Positions 13,046-26,039 of a DNA stretch of 64,000 nucleotides are shown piece after piece. The position numbers and the translations under genes were made by a program. Each line of letters starts with the position of its first letter. Within the stretch, counting starts at the first letter, position 1. The DNA is taken from positions 71,364,001 through 71,428,000 of the forward strand of contig NC_087437.1 of assembly GCF_036321535.1 (NCBI RefSeq). The letters are read 5' to 3'. The notes beneath the pieces are model-generated. The model saw nothing but the letters and a program-made list of their open reading frames with translations. It had not been told where the DNA came from and searched no databases. The DNA is from Camelus dromedarius (lineage: Eukaryota).

Positions 13046-14312
13046 CTCTCCTTGTATTTCTAAATCCCCTCATTCCTTTGCTTTCTCCTTTTCTTGCTTT
13101 ACCCTTTTTGTTGTTTTAAGTCTGCCACAGTAACTGTTTAGCCCTGTAGATAGCCCTTGGAGCTATAAAGATTTTCCACACTATAACGGAAGCTATAAAA
13201 ATCACAGTGCAGAAGGACGAGAACACTCCAACAGTCATAAGCTTTCTCAAAATGCAACCAAAATAATTGAATCAATATAGATGGCATGATTTTTAGGATG
13301 TGTAGTTATTTTAGTATATTTCTTAGCAATTAAATATTTTCCTTAGGATATGGCTCAAAAAAAAAAAACTCATGAGGTAAGTGGTTTAAAGGGAAGTAAG
13401 AATCTATTATTTATATTAAGATTCAATAGCATTCAATAAGTGAGCTGCTAATTATGAACAGAACGATGGTGCTTGTCCTGATCCTTACAACCTATTATTA
13501 TTTTTTAGTCTACTTTAAAATTAGAAGAAATTCTGCTACCAAGTATATCTGATCCTCTAGAGATGAGCTTTCTAATGAATTAATATTAGAACTATATATT
13601 CCTTATAATCTTATATAAATTTCACTTACAGTTGCATTACACCAGATTCTACCAAATGGTTCATAAGTCTCACAGGAATTATTAGATTTAGAATGAGCCC
13701 TTCAATGCAGTAACTGCTGGCATTCATATGGTAACAGAAATGTTCTTACCAAAAGACTCTCTGCACCTAGTCAACAAGCAGCTATCTCATTTCACAGCGG
13801 GGAAACCTGAAGCACATCCAGGATACGCAACCAGGTGAGCACAGTGCAAACAGAACATGAAACTCCTAGCTTTGAAACCTACCTTATAATCACTGTACAC
13901 TGCAGGTCAAACATCGTCAAACTTTCTTTTAGGTACAGGAAGCAATTCTTTAACCAAAATCATGTAAAATAGCTGGCTTCTCACTAACATTGAGAAATAC
14001 AGTTTCTGTACAACATTAGTCTCTTGCCGATATAATGAACACCATGTGAGTGGAGTCCAATTCTGTGGTGTAGTTTTCTCCCAGGGAAACTGAAGCAGAC
14101 AATTCTACTCCATCAAGCCAGACAACAGTGCACCCTAGTGGCCAAAGGAGAGCAGAACCAGAAATGTCTGTGAGACTCTGGATTAAAATTTAAATATCTA
14201 AAATCTAGAAGCTAATAAGAAAATATTATAAATAGTATAAGAATTGCTGTAGACTGAAAGAAAACTTGCATTTACGATTAAAATGAAGATATAAGAGAAA
14301 AATATATATTAC

Positions 14313-14456
14313 CCAAAAGCTCCAGTCACCACTCCAGTTATATAAATTTAGCCCCTGTTTTTTAGCTATATTATTCTCATCCACAACTGGACTAGGATTT
14401 TGCTCTAACTCTTCCTGGAATTCAGCAGCAAAGCTTGAATCTCCTTCATTTATTAC
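14313..14456 (-). CDS. GRAMD1C: GRAMD1C coding exon 2 (144 nt)
   Basis: VINEGDSSFAAEFQEELEQNPSPVVDENNIAKKQGLNLYNWSGDWSFW; ttccag / GTAATA; phase 0, in frame with exon 1. Confidence 0.93.
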
Positions 14457-14706
14457 CTGGAAACAAGTATCAAACAATTTAAATTACTTACTGAGAAATG
14501 CCCATTTTAAAAAAGAAAAGAGTTAATATTCAAAATACACAAGTAAACATTAAAAGGACAATATTTAAGCTTTTAGAAAACAGCAATCAATATGTTTTCC
14601 CTTCTATAGTTCATAGAGTTACACATACAACAAATATTTTCCAACTACTACTATTTTATTAGGTAGTTTTTAGTTGGCACTAGAATTCAAAAATGAATAA
14701 AATAAA

Positions 14707-14850
14707 GGGAGAGGATATAGCTCAAGTGGTAGAGCGCATGCTTAGCATACAGATAGTCCTGGGTTCAATCCCCAGTACCCCCTCTAAAAATAAATAAGTA
14801 AACCTAATTACCTCCCCACCCCACTCCCCCAAAATAATAAACAAACAAAC
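14707..14850 (+). mobile_element. tRNA-derived SINE (Vic-1-like)
   Basis: TAGCTCAAGTGGTAGAG / GGGTTCAATCCC boxes; TSD aaaaatga[a/g]taaaataaag at 14689-14707 and 14851-14869. Confidence 0.92.
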
Positions 14851-15319
14851 AAAAATGAGTAAAATAAAGTCCTTAACCTCCAGAAGTTCACAGTCAGCTA
14901 GAGGAACAATTAAACAGTAAAAAAATACAATGTAACAGGAGTAATAATTGGTTCCATCTCTTTGGAGGATAATTTGCAATGCCTGGTAGGGTCCAAGATG
15001 GGTATAGATGTACTACGCCCCAGAGATTTAATGTGGACATGAGGTCAACAATGTTTTTAATACTAAGAAAGTGGAAACAACCTGACTATCCACTGGTAGG
15101 GAAATTGGGTAATTACCTTTGCTTTATACAAACAATGAAGAAATAAAATATCAGAATCAGATGTCTCAACCAGGCCCTGGCCTCAACCTACAGAGTACTC
15201 AGGGGCAAGATTATACACTGTGCGAGACAGGGGCCCATGGGTGGTCACTCATGAAAGAGCCGTCACTATGTAGTAAAAAAGGGAGAGAAAAGGACTCAAA
15301 AACTGACACTGCCACCTAT

Positions 15320-18084
15320 GCCTCTGTTGTAACAAAAATGTTGACCCTCAAGGTTACAGGGAAAGCACCGTGGCACTCGCACAGTACAGCGAAGAACTAA
15401 TTCAAACTCAACTTAAGGTTGAGTTTCCTGATCTCTATGAAGTAACCACTGCTATGAGGGAAGCCCCCAACCCTGGTGATCCTGATTTGAGGCTCTCTGG
15501 AGGAAGAAATTAAGGATAGAGAAGACCCCCTCCTCCCAAAGTACATTGACTAACTACCAAAAAGAGAGAGAAAAAGAAACAAACATAGCTGGATACAGGG
15601 AGGAGACATAAACCAACCAATCAAAAAAAAAAAAAAATTGAAACAGAAGTCCATAACTTGACCCAGCTGGAAATCCAAAATGTATTAAAATAATTTATAT
15701 AACAAAAGATAAAGGCTGGCTTTTGCACCTCTACAGCATAGGTTTTGAATGAACTTCAACACCTGCTAAAATGCATCGACTGGAAGATCTTTACGCCTTT
15801 TATCAATACTGAGCTCAAACTATAGTTATACATGGAGATCACTAAATTTAAACAAGATACCGTCTGTAATCTTAGGGGAATTACTCAACATAAAATAGAC
15901 AACAAATAGGTATGTCTCACCTTAACTACCAGAACTGCCACCTTGCCTAAATTCTCCCTGGTTGTAGTATAGTTCACCCTAGAATATCCCACAGTGCCAA
16001 AGGATGCTCTGACTCAATGGTAATAAATTTAACTCAAGTCTTTGGGGCTTACAAAAAGGCTTTTTAAAAAGTGGGAACCCATGGATGACTTCCCAACCCC
16101 TAGTTAAAATAGTTATTATAGCTCAACGTAAAATAAAACAGGGACTTCAAAGATTGAGGTTTATTATATAAGACCTAATTAGTGAAAGAGTGATTATCCC
16201 TACTGCTTCTCCATTTAATAGCCCAATGTGACCTGGTAAAGGTGGGAAATTAATGGTGCCTCACAGGTGATTACTGTATCCCTGATGCTGTGGTCCATGA
16301 AGGCCCCTATACCTAATACTACTGAAGTTACTGACACCATCCAATCAGAAACTGGTAGATATTTTGATGTTATAAATGTGATGGATATGCTCTGTTCAAT
16401 GCCTCTTTCAATGACCTCTCAGTCACAGTTTGCCTTCACTCCAGAGGAACACAATATACTTTTACCTGGCTACCCACAGGGTACCTTAAAAAGCCTTGCC
16501 ACCACATACAACCTTACAGGTAACTGTATCCAAATCTCTCCAGGAGAACGGGTGTGATGTTACATTGATTATATCCTCCTCTGAGGACATTCTTTTGACA
16601 CACCCATTCAGGGCATACAAATACTCATGAAAAGAGGATGGGTCATTGCCCCACACATAGTGTACTATCTTGGATAAATTCCTGAAAACTATTTAGTAAC
16701 CCAAGGTCCACTCCATCCATGACAATGTCAAGAAACATCTACTGACCGTGTCTGCACCCACAACATTAAAACAAGTCCAACATCTTTTAGGTCCTTTTGG
16801 ATTCTGCAGGCAATATAGTATTCATTTATAAATTTTACTTAATGCCTACTTATGCTGTTACTTGCAGGTCAGTCCACCCTGAATAGGGCCCCCTCCCAAA
16901 AAAGATTCTAGAATTTGTCAAAATGATAATATAACAGACACTCCCAACAGTGCTACTTCCTCCCTGCTGCTCCCCATAAAAAACACACGCATATACACAC
17001 AAAGAATCCTTCACTGTAGAGACTTTAGCAGCCTCTTTTCAGGACTCCTGGAGTCTCTGGACCACCTGTGATGTCCATAAGTTATCCATAGGCTTCTGAT
17101 GCAAGAAACTATGTCTTCACTCCACACTATATGCCATTTAAGCAGCAATTACTGACAGCACACTAAACTCTCCTGGAAGCAGAGGCTCTCACCAGCTCTG
17201 AGCCTGTGACCCTCCATACCCAGCTGCCCATTATCCCTTGGGTCCTGGAAGCTGCACCTTGTAAGGTCAGCACAGCCACTGAGGACTTCCTGCTGCAGGA
17301 CAGAACCAAATGTGGGCCCTCTGGCATATCCCACCTACAGGTGGGCATGGCCTCCCCTGACCTCATTCCTTTGTCAGATGTCATGGTGCTAGAAGAGGTC
17401 ACCTCTCTCCTGAACCCCTTCAATACCTGGAGACTGATCTGGGTTCAACGGAGTGAACAGCAATAGGATTTCAAGACTTCAAGCTCCCATCTGAAGTCTG
17501 ATGGGCGAACCTGCTGTTCGGTAGACAGCAACACCAGCACGCACATGCTGGAGCTCACTGAGCACCTACTGCTTGTCATCCCTGAACCAGGATGTTCCTG
17601 TTGAAGGAAAGGACTCGGAGGTCAGCACAACTGGCTGACCTTCCCACAGTTATCTTATCTTAACATTGAATGCTCTGGCCAACAACTGGCTCCCTCTGCA
17701 CATTTTTACAGACCCTTGGGCCACTGCCTAAGAGTTACACCCTGTAGAGTAAAGAACTCTGGAATTCTCTTTCAGATACTCAGAATATAAATCAAGGTCA
17801 CGTGTGTCTATCCAAATACTAAAGCCACAATAAAAGGCCTCATCAAGACACTCCTTATCCCCATCAAGAGTTCCAGACATTACCGACAGTGACCAAGGTA
17901 CTCATTTTATTTCTCAAAATACACATCGTTGGATTCCTGAACAAAGCATTCAAGGGAACTTTCATCTTCCTTACTGGTTTCAGGCTGCAGGCTTCATCCA
18001 AGAGCCACAAAGGCTTGTTTAAACAAGTTCAAATTCAACTAAATGAAAATGGTACATTTCAGTCATCAGATATCAGGGGTGAAT
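15320..18084 (+). mobile_element. Class III (ERVL-type) endogenous retrovirus internal remnant: gag?-PR-RT-RNaseH
   Basis: Protease-like INT(G)AQTIVIHGD 15802-15839 (frameshifted); RT SPFNSP 16208-16225, QYTFTWLPTGY 16452-16484, YIDY 16561-16572; RNase H HIFTDPWA from 17699; PPT-like caggggtgaat before the LTR; 5' boundary approximate. Confidence 0.85.
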
Positions 18085-18495
18085 TGTAATAAAGAGTCTC
18101 ATTCCATTTTTTATGTTAACCTGCTAACAGCTTTTAAGCCCCACGTCTCCTGCATCCTTTCTGTCCCTCAAATGGGCAAACTGTTAAGAGAGCCTGGGTG
18201 TGGGTGGGAGAGTCAAACAAGCAAGCTTCTGTCCAAATAGAGGACCCCTGACCCTACCCCTAACCACAATAAAATCCCGGAGCCAGCCTCCTTCCTTGCC
18301 CTTTCAAGTCATTTGGGATCTGCTTGAGAAGACCGCCCTGCTCTTCCCTCTTCACTGTGTACACATATAAGTAAAAGCCTTTATATATAAGTAATAAACC
18401 TCTTCATGGTGTGTGTGTTTGGCATCATCATTTTCTATCTTCAAATCAAATGTAGGGTGGTTGGTCCATTCTGGCTTTGTAGAGTGGCCACAACA
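18085..18495 (+). mobile_element. 3' LTR of the ERVL remnant (LTR47-like from recall)
   Basis: Starts TGT directly after the PPT, ends CA, internal AATAAA near 18393; 5' end TGTAATAAAGAGTCTCATTCCATTTTT resembles LTR47. Confidence 0.75.
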
Positions 18496-19397
18496 GAATC
18501 CTATCTCTCTAACTTGTTAGCTGTGTGGTCACCGGCAGTCACTCAATCTCTCTAAATCAGCTTTCTCCATAGGGGCAACAACGCTCTCTAGGCCAGACAG
18601 CAAGCTCATTGAGAGCAGGGATCACGTCCGTGCAGCTCACCGTCTTATCCCAAACACGCAGTGCCAAGGAAAACAGTTGAATGAGTGACAGCTTGGGTTC
18701 ATGAATATCTACCTGGCCTATTTTATGGTAATGTTTTGAGAATCAACAGAAATAATGCATTCATTCATTTGTTCATCCAGCAGTTCTCTGCCTCTACCGA
18801 TTTATAAACTGTAAAATGCTCCCCAATAAAAGCTGTTGCACTGACTGCGATCCTCTAAAAGTAAAACATACACTCACAGCCAATGTAAAAGCAATGAGGG
18901 TAGCGCTCAGAAACGCAGGTAGTCCTGCAACAAAAGTTTATCAAATAACAAATTACAAGTAGTAAACAAATACCAGAACTAGTTGAAACCAAAAACGTGG
19001 TTGACAGCACAGTGATTTAAACTAGAGTTCGGAGCCCTTTTATCAAGAGCTGTTAGTGAAGGGAACGGCGTGAGACCGATCAACGTGATACCGGGTCAGA
19101 ACCACGACAGTGGGGTCTGGGGCTGAGGCGTCTGGACTAGGACTTCTTGGGGGACCAAAAGCCAGCACTGCGCGCCCACAGGGGAGACTTCCCACCACGG
19201 CCCAGGGGAAAAAGCTCGCAGGAAGCACAGGAAACCGTTTCCTCGGTAACAACTTTCCACATTATCCCAAAGGGCACCCAGAAAAGGGAAGAGAGGAAGT
19301 AATTTTCACAAGCTGAGAGGGTTCAAAAAACCTCCGTGAAGAAAGCCGCCGGGCAAAACCACCGTTTGAAAACCCGTCCCAGCCAGGCGCCGCTTAC

Positions 19398-19424
19398 CTG
19401 GCGAACGATCAGAGCGCCTTCCAT
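19398..19424 (-). CDS. GRAMD1C: GRAMD1C (Aster-C) coding exon 1
   Basis: ATG in strong Kozak context (gcgATGG), encodes MEGALIVRQ, donor CAG|GTAAGC; matches recalled human N-terminus MEGAPTVRQ and the known ATP6V1A-GRAMD1C gene order. Confidence 0.92.
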
Positions 19425-19588
19425 CGCTGATCCCTCCGCCGCCAAGGAACCGCGCACGCGCGCCCCGCCGCGAGGAAGGGGCGGCCAGGCGCGCGCCCCG
19501 CGCCCACCCCCGACGAGCGCTCGAGGCTCCCAGCCCGGAACGTCCAGTCCACCCGCCCGCTCTCCGAGGGCCACCTTGTCGGCGCGCC

Positions 19589-19607
19589 TTGCGCCCTCTG
19601 GCGGTCG
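19589..19607 (-). promoter_or_regulatory. CTCF-like motif upstream of GRAMD1C
   Basis: Minus strand CGACCGCCAGAGGGCGCAA fits the CTCF core CCNCCAGRKGGCRC. Confidence 0.65.
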
Positions 19608-21952
19608 TTGCGGATCCCCGCCTTTGGCTAACTCCTGAAGATGTAATGTTAATTTGTTAGCCTGTAGGCCTGTCTTTGCAAGGCATCAGGATGAAAACCT
19701 GTCCTTTCCTACCTCCCAGTCTCAAACTCCTGCACCTACCGTGAAATGGCTTGTAGGCACAAATCACCCTCGCAAAGCCTTTGCTCTGCTTCTCATAATA
19801 TGTACCCTGCTCCAATGTGCAGAAAAATGAATTGCATGGCAAGGTCTTGTTCCTTCAAATGAGGGATTGAACTTATTGGTAAAAGGCTATTGAGTGTTGC
19901 AGATCCTGGTTCCAAAAAAGAAAAAAGCTATAAAAGACATTCTAGGGCAACTAGGGAATGTATCTTATAATATGAAATGTATATTAGAGCTGGTGTCACA
20001 GAATAGTGAACGATTTAGGATAAATGTATTGATATGCATAATTAATACTTTGGGTTATGTTGAAGAGTGCCTTTGTTATTAGAAAATTCATACTCAACGA
20101 TTTAAGAGTGAAATGTTGTGATGTCTGCAACTTGATTTCAAATGCTTCAACAAAGATAGTGCCAGAGAATGAATGTGTTACTCCCAAATTCATGTACTGA
20201 CACATAGTCGGCTTCCACCTTGTAGGAACATGCTAAGACTGCGGTCTGTTTACAGATGTGGGTTCTCACCAGACACTAGTCTTCCAGTGTCTTGAGCTCC
20301 GGCTTCCCAGACTCCACAACCCTGAGAAATAAAAGTTTGTTGTTTAAGCTGCACAGTCTGTGTGTTTTTGTTACAGCAGCCTGAACAGACAAAGATAATA
20401 GAGAGAGAGCAAAATAGCAAAATGTTAACAATTATTTCATCTATGTGGGGGATATACCCCTGTTCGGTGACTCTTCTTCTATTTCTGTATGTTTGTATAT
20501 AATCATAATGTAAAACTGAGGAGAGGGAAAGAGGCAAATCCAGTTCCACAAAAAGACAGATATTGAATATATTTTTAAAATATATATTGCATGCTGAAGG
20601 ACATATTACCTAATAAGATAATCAAGAAGGATAGGTTCTTGTCCTTGTCCTGCAAAACTTTGCATGAGTTGTGTTGTCCTTCAATTTGGGATACAAGGAG
20701 AGGCTGAAAAGAGAAAAATAATGACTGCCAATTCTTTGAACCAGAAGCCACACCAAGAATTTTTCTTTGGATTGAAATAGTTTTAAAATGCCAGGATTTT
20801 TTTTTTTTAATGGTACAAGATGAATGTGGTTGGTATGCAAAATATTTTTAAACTATTTAAATTTTTTTTAAATTTTGAAACAATTTCAGGCTTACAAAAA
20901 AGTGGCAAATATGTTACAATAACCTTTTCCCTGAACCATTTCAGACTTGGCAGTTAACACTGTGCCCCATCAACTTGGAATGCTTTGGTATTTCCTACAT
21001 TAATAATAATAATAATAACAACAACAACAACATGACCAACCAAACTGAGAAATTAACATTATATTGCTACTTCTTAATTCTCACACCCCATTAGAGTTAT
21101 ACCAATTGTCCCAAGAATGTGCTTTATAGCAAAAGAATCTAGTCCTACATCATGAGTTACAGTTAGTGGCCATATATCCGTCAATGTGCAATATTAAGCT
21201 CATCCGCTGCACAGACTCCGTCCTCATCCATCCCACCTTAACACCCCTTGCCCAGCCGTCACTGCATCCTTCACTCTCCTCATCCTTCCCTGCTAGAACC
21301 CCTGACAGTGCTGCCTCCACTAAACAGTTTAAATCATTTGTAAAGGCTGAAAAGATGAAAATAATCTAATAAAGGAAAAGCCTGAGGTTGGGCTAGGTCA
21401 ATCACTATTTAGATTTTAGACCCAATTTACAATGAATGAGTCACAGAAAAATACAATAAGATTCAGTTTATAACATTTCAAAACACATAAAACCAAAAAT
21501 TTGTATACTGTAAATACAGTTAAAGGATACAAATATAATAAAACTGTAAGAGAAGCAAAAAGAAAAAAATGATAGGAACAAATTTCCCTTTGAGATGGTA
21601 AGAAAGGGTTTAGAATCAGGGAGGTGCATAGGGAAATTCAAACTGGACAGGGATATAAAGTTGTTGTTACATAGTCATTCTGGGTACCTTTCAAAATATA
21701 TGTATGTATTCTATAATGTACTTATTCTATCTACTCAATATTCAATAAAAGTAATTTATAAAAATAAGATCCTTCATAGATAAAATGAACAAAGGACATG
21801 AGTAGACAATACCATTGGCCAGACAGAACAAATGTCTGGCCCCAAAGTAAAAAGTGTCTGGATTCAAACTTTGGCTCCACCATATACATTAGCAGCTCAT
21901 CTAATCTCGTGTTGCCTGTGTCCTCATTTGATACATAAGGCATAGATAGTAC

Positions 21953-22307
21953 TGTGTTAGTCAGCTTGGGCTGCATAACAAAATACCACAGACTGCATGT
22001 CTTAAACAACAGAAATGTATTTTCTCACAGTCCTGGAGGCTAGAAGTCCAAGACGAAGGTTCCACCCAATTTGATTTCTAATAAGGATTCTCTCCCTGTC
22101 TTACAAATGGCGCCTTCTTGCCATGTCCTCACATGGTGTGCTCCCTGGTGCCTCTTCTTATAAGGACACTAATCCTATTGGATTAAGGGCCCAATGTTAC
22201 ACCCTCACTGAACTTTAATTACTACCTGACTCCAAATACAGCCTCCCTATGTGTTAGGGCTCCAACATACTAATTTAGAGGGGATACAAATAATTCAGTC
22301 CATAATA
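21953..22307 (-). mobile_element. MaLR solo LTR (MLT1A-like) inserted in a MIR
   Basis: tgtgttagtc...ataacaaaataccacagactg...ttctcacagtcctggaggctagaagtccaaga; TSD agtac/agtat. Confidence 0.85.
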
Positions 22308-22689
22308 AGTATGAATAATGGGCTCAGATTTTATAATCTGTACATAATAGCAGAGCCTCTAGCACAGAGCAAATTTTCAATTAAAAGTCTCTAGGGTAGG
22401 AGAGTACCGGGCCTGTTTGAGGAGCAACAAGGGAACCCAGTGTGGACAGAGGCAAGTTAGCAAGGGAAGGAGTAGAGTAAACCAGATCAGTCGGGCAAGG
22501 TGGATGAGGACAAGTCAGATCTCTAGAATCTTAGGTATCGTACAGACTGGCTTTTCCTTTGGATGAGATGGAAGCCCGTGGAGGTTTGTGAGAATGATCA
22601 GACCTACTTTATAAAAGGACCCCCGGCCTCCTGACTGGTCTCCTCATTGCTGTCCTTTCCCCTTACAGACTGTAAAGGGGAGTCTGACC

Positions 22690-23298
22690 TCACCTCCAGA
22701 TAAGAAAGTTCCCTGCCTTGAGCCTTACTTTAGAGGGCTCTACCCTAGGCCTCCTCTGGCCACATTCCTCCCTTTCTAGACCACACTCCAAATAACCAGA
22801 ATCCTGAATTCCTTGCCCAAACTGCCCCAAGTCCACTTCTAAGAACCACAAAGGATTCCTCCGTAAGTCTGTTCTTCCAAGAGTGGCTGACATCAGTGTT
22901 GTGCACACCCAAGTCCTGTGGAGTTACCAAGGGGTGGCTCTTTGTAACGGGTGTGGATGGAGCTTGGACATATAGACTAGAATGTCCGTATGCCTATGAA
23001 CACAATGGTCCCTGCCGTGGGGAGTGGAGACAGAGCTGGAATGGAAGAAAGGCAGGTTGTGAGCTAGTGACCAAGAAATTGTTATCTCTACATCACTTAC
23101 TTCGGGCATAGAACTCTGGGTAGTCCAAGAACTCTAAATTCTAATTGGTCTTTTAGGTCTTTGTAGAGGTATATTTGCCAAGGTAGGAAAGTAGAAGATA
23201 TTTTAAGTTATTGCTTTATAATTTTTACAGATTTACACAAATGTGGGCATCCATTTATATTCTTGTCCCAAGCTCCACAAATGTTAGGGGCAGAGGTG
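22690..23298. mobile_element. Probable hAT-Tip100 DNA transposon relic
   Basis: End ...cccaagctccacaaatgttaggggcagaggtg resembles Tip100-type termini; interrupts the L2; left boundary uncertain. Confidence 0.4.
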
Positions 23299-23314
23299 AT
23301 AAAAGGGCAGTGAT

Positions 23315-23460
23315 GGCGGGGAGGGCATAGCTCAGTGGTAGAGCATGTGCCTAGCGTGCACAAGGTCCTGGGTTCAATCCCCAGCACCTCCATTAAAAAT
23401 AAATAAATAAACCTAATAACCTCCCCCACCCACCTCAACAAGATTTTTTTTAATGGTTAA
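23315..23460 (+). mobile_element. tRNA-derived SINE (Vic-1-like)
   Basis: TAGCTCAGTGGTAGAG, GGGTTCAATCCC, aaataaataaacctaat tail shared with the other copies. Confidence 0.9.
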
Positions 23461-23789
23461 AAAAGGACAACAGAATCAAAGAGACCAATTATAAGGCTAC
23501 TGCAATAACTCAGATGAGAGATGATGACTTGAACCAGCATGGTGGTGGTACATGTGTGGCAGACCAGTGTAGCGGTGAGAAATGATCAGCTTCTGCAGAT
23601 GCAGCATTTTGAAGGAAAAGTTAAAATAATGTTCTGGTGGATTGCTTGTGTAGTATGAGAAAGAGAAGTCAAGGAGCACTCTGAAACTACTGGCCTGGAC
23701 ACTTGAAAGAATACGGCAACTATTTACTGAGCTAAGGAAGCCTAAGAGAAGATCAATTTGGGAACAGCTATGCATTTGGGTTTTTAAAA

Positions 23790-23988
23790 TATATTTTTAT
23801 TGAAGTATAGTCAGTTTACAATGTTACAGTGTTACATCAATTTCTGGTATACAGCACAATACTTCAGTCATATAGGAACATACATATATTCATTTTCATA
23901 CATATATTTCATATTCATTTTAACCATAAGTTACTATAAGATATTAAATATAGTTCCTGTGCTATATAGTATAAATTTATTGTTTATC
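23790..23988 (-). mobile_element. Short L1 3'-end fragment
   Basis: ttgaagtatagtcagtttacaatgtt = reverse complement of the L1 terminus seen at 10.7 and 41.7 kb. Confidence 0.85.
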
Positions 23989-24732
23989 GGATTTTGTGAG
24001 ACTCCTCCTACATTTCAAAATGAGAGACACTCTGCCAGAGTTCAGTAGGTGTTCTGGGCGATTCAATGGGTTTGTAGATGTAATTCTTAGTGTATTTGTG
24101 GGAGAGGGCGAGCTGTGAGTCTCTCTACTCTGCCAACTTGGCTCAACCTAAGTTTGGTTTTAAATGTGTTAAGTTTGAGGTGCCAGTTAGACATCCAAGT
24201 GGAAATATGGAATAGGAAATTGTATTCGGAAACTTGAAGTTCTGAGGATAAAGATTTGGGAATTATCAGAATATCAGTGGTTTTTAAATCTATGAACGTG
24301 GATGAGATCACTCAGTGAGTGAGCATAAATAGTAAAAACATCTCATAACTTGTTCCTGCAACACCCCAAGATGTAGAAGTTGAGGAGTGAAGAGGAAAGA
24401 GCAAAGATTCTGAGAAGGGATGGTCAGTGAGGCAGAGGACTTTACCCTGAAGTCAAATAAAGAAAGTATTTCGAGGAAGATGGAAAAGTCAAAGATGACA
24501 GATATTGCCAACAGATGAATGAGAACTGAAACTAGTTCTGTTTTACTCTGTGTTAACAATCTGGAGGTCATTAGTGACCTTGATGGGAACAATTTCAGTG
24601 GAGAGCAGATTCAAGAGAAAAGGGAAAGGAGTAGAAGGCAGCATGGATAAACAACTGATGGGAAGACTTCTGCTTTAAGTGAGGCAGTGAAATAGGATGG
24701 TGGCTGGAGGGGGGATTTAGGGTCGAAAGAGG

Positions 24733-25226
24733 GTGTTCAGAGCCAGGCTGTGGTGCCCTGCTGAACATAAAAGGTTTCACACAACACCCATGTTAAACAA
24801 AGCCGCTCTGTGACCCTGGCAGAGCAAGACAAAAACAAGACCATTTCCATATCCATGTCTAAACAAAGATGTGCACGTGGTTCAAACCACCAAAATGACC
24901 AAATGTCCCCCTAAACTGGCTAATATGAGTGACAGTTTAGTTTCACTTTGTCCCTCCCATCTTCTAGGTAAGATTTATGAAGATACTCAGTCAAAGAATT
25001 CCTGCAGCTTTTTGACAGCATATAATTCAGGGAAAATCCCCGCTTCTTGAATCCTGACTCCCAAAATCACCTCCCACAAACCCAAGCCCTATTGTAAATC
25101 CTTTCCATCACCCTTTTACTGAGATGCCCTTGTGGCTCTCCAGAGTGGACTTTCACCCTCACGGTAACGAGCCAATGAACCCAGTGTTGTTCCCCTACAG
25201 GTGTGTTCCTTTGGCTGAAGGGCAGG
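24733..25226 (+). mobile_element. ERVL-type solo LTR (MER54/MER74-like, tentative)
   Basis: TG start, ~490 bp, interrupts L2, LTR-like 3' part; family from recall only. Confidence 0.55.
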
Positions 25227-26039
25227 GATATTTCTCAGTGAAATAACACCCAAAGCTGAAACTGAATATGGAGGCCAAGTTGTTGGAAGCTTGAGGAGAA
25301 TGGAGAAATTACGAAATACTTACTTGGGACCTTAGGAAAACAAATGGACTGACGTAGTAGGGAAACAGTAGGCCTGCTGGGCAACACCAATACTTAACTG
25401 AGATTCATGCTCATGTATTTAAAGTGAGATCACACTAATAAATAAAGAGCTCCTGGAAACTGAAATGGAAAAACCACATTCAAGGAAAAAAATGATAAGA
25501 GTACATGTCATAAAGTTCCCAGAAATGAAATACAAGTTAAAAAATATAAAAGACAGGTGCCCAATTTCACTCAGAATAAAAGAAACAGAAATTAAAACCA
25601 CACAGAAATATCATTTTCACCTCTAGATTGACAAAAGAACAGAAGTTTGAGAACACATTCTGTTGACGGGAATTCTCATGTGGGAACGTAAAATGATATA
25701 GCACTTTGGCAATAGTTATAAAAATCACAAAATGCAGTTACTCTTGCAGCAGCTCCACCTCTGGGGCTTTTCCTGTAGATTTAATTGCATACACACAAAA
25801 TAATGTGCAATGATATTCACTGGAGAAAAGTTTGCATTAGGAAAATTTGGAAATAAATGTTTATCAATGAAGGAAGTCCTGGCTAAATAAACTATGTGCA
25901 TCTGCCCGTGGGAATTCTATGCCCAATTCTTTTTTTTAAAGAATAGAAGGAAGATTACTATGTTGTATACCTGAAACTAATATACTATTGTAAATCAACG
26001 ATACTTCGATTTAAAAAAAAAAGGGGGGGGTGGAATGAG

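Larger units (their letters stand above)
19040..19640. promoter_or_regulatory. CpG island / GRAMD1C promoter
   Basis: Only CpG-dense GC-rich stretch in the window; NRF1-like GCGCACGCGC at 19452-19461, GC boxes, CCGGAA near 19534. Confidence 0.9.
22390..24730 (-). mobile_element. L2 remnant interrupted by later insertions
   Basis: Antisense L2 text (agacatccaagtggaaat, ggaggtcattagtgaccttga); ORF 24087-24311 HISTWMSNWHLKLN is L2 ORF2-like. Confidence 0.8.

Noticed and set aside
14707..14785. tRNA-like sequences (also near 12970, 23320, 55680, 56500)
   Set aside because: They carry shared tails, A-runs and in some copies clear TSDs, and diverge from one another: SINEs, not tRNA genes.
19425..19574. 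Open frame extending 50 codons upstream of the GRAMD1C ATG (ORF 19323-19574, GTG start)
   Set aside because: Stop-poor frames are expected in a CpG island; the ATG has a strong Kozak context and matches the known N-terminus.
19336..19638. 100-aa plus-strand Pro/Arg-rich ORF antisense to GRAMD1C exon 1
   Set aside because: Low-complexity product of GC-rich sequence, non-ATG start, no recognisable homology.
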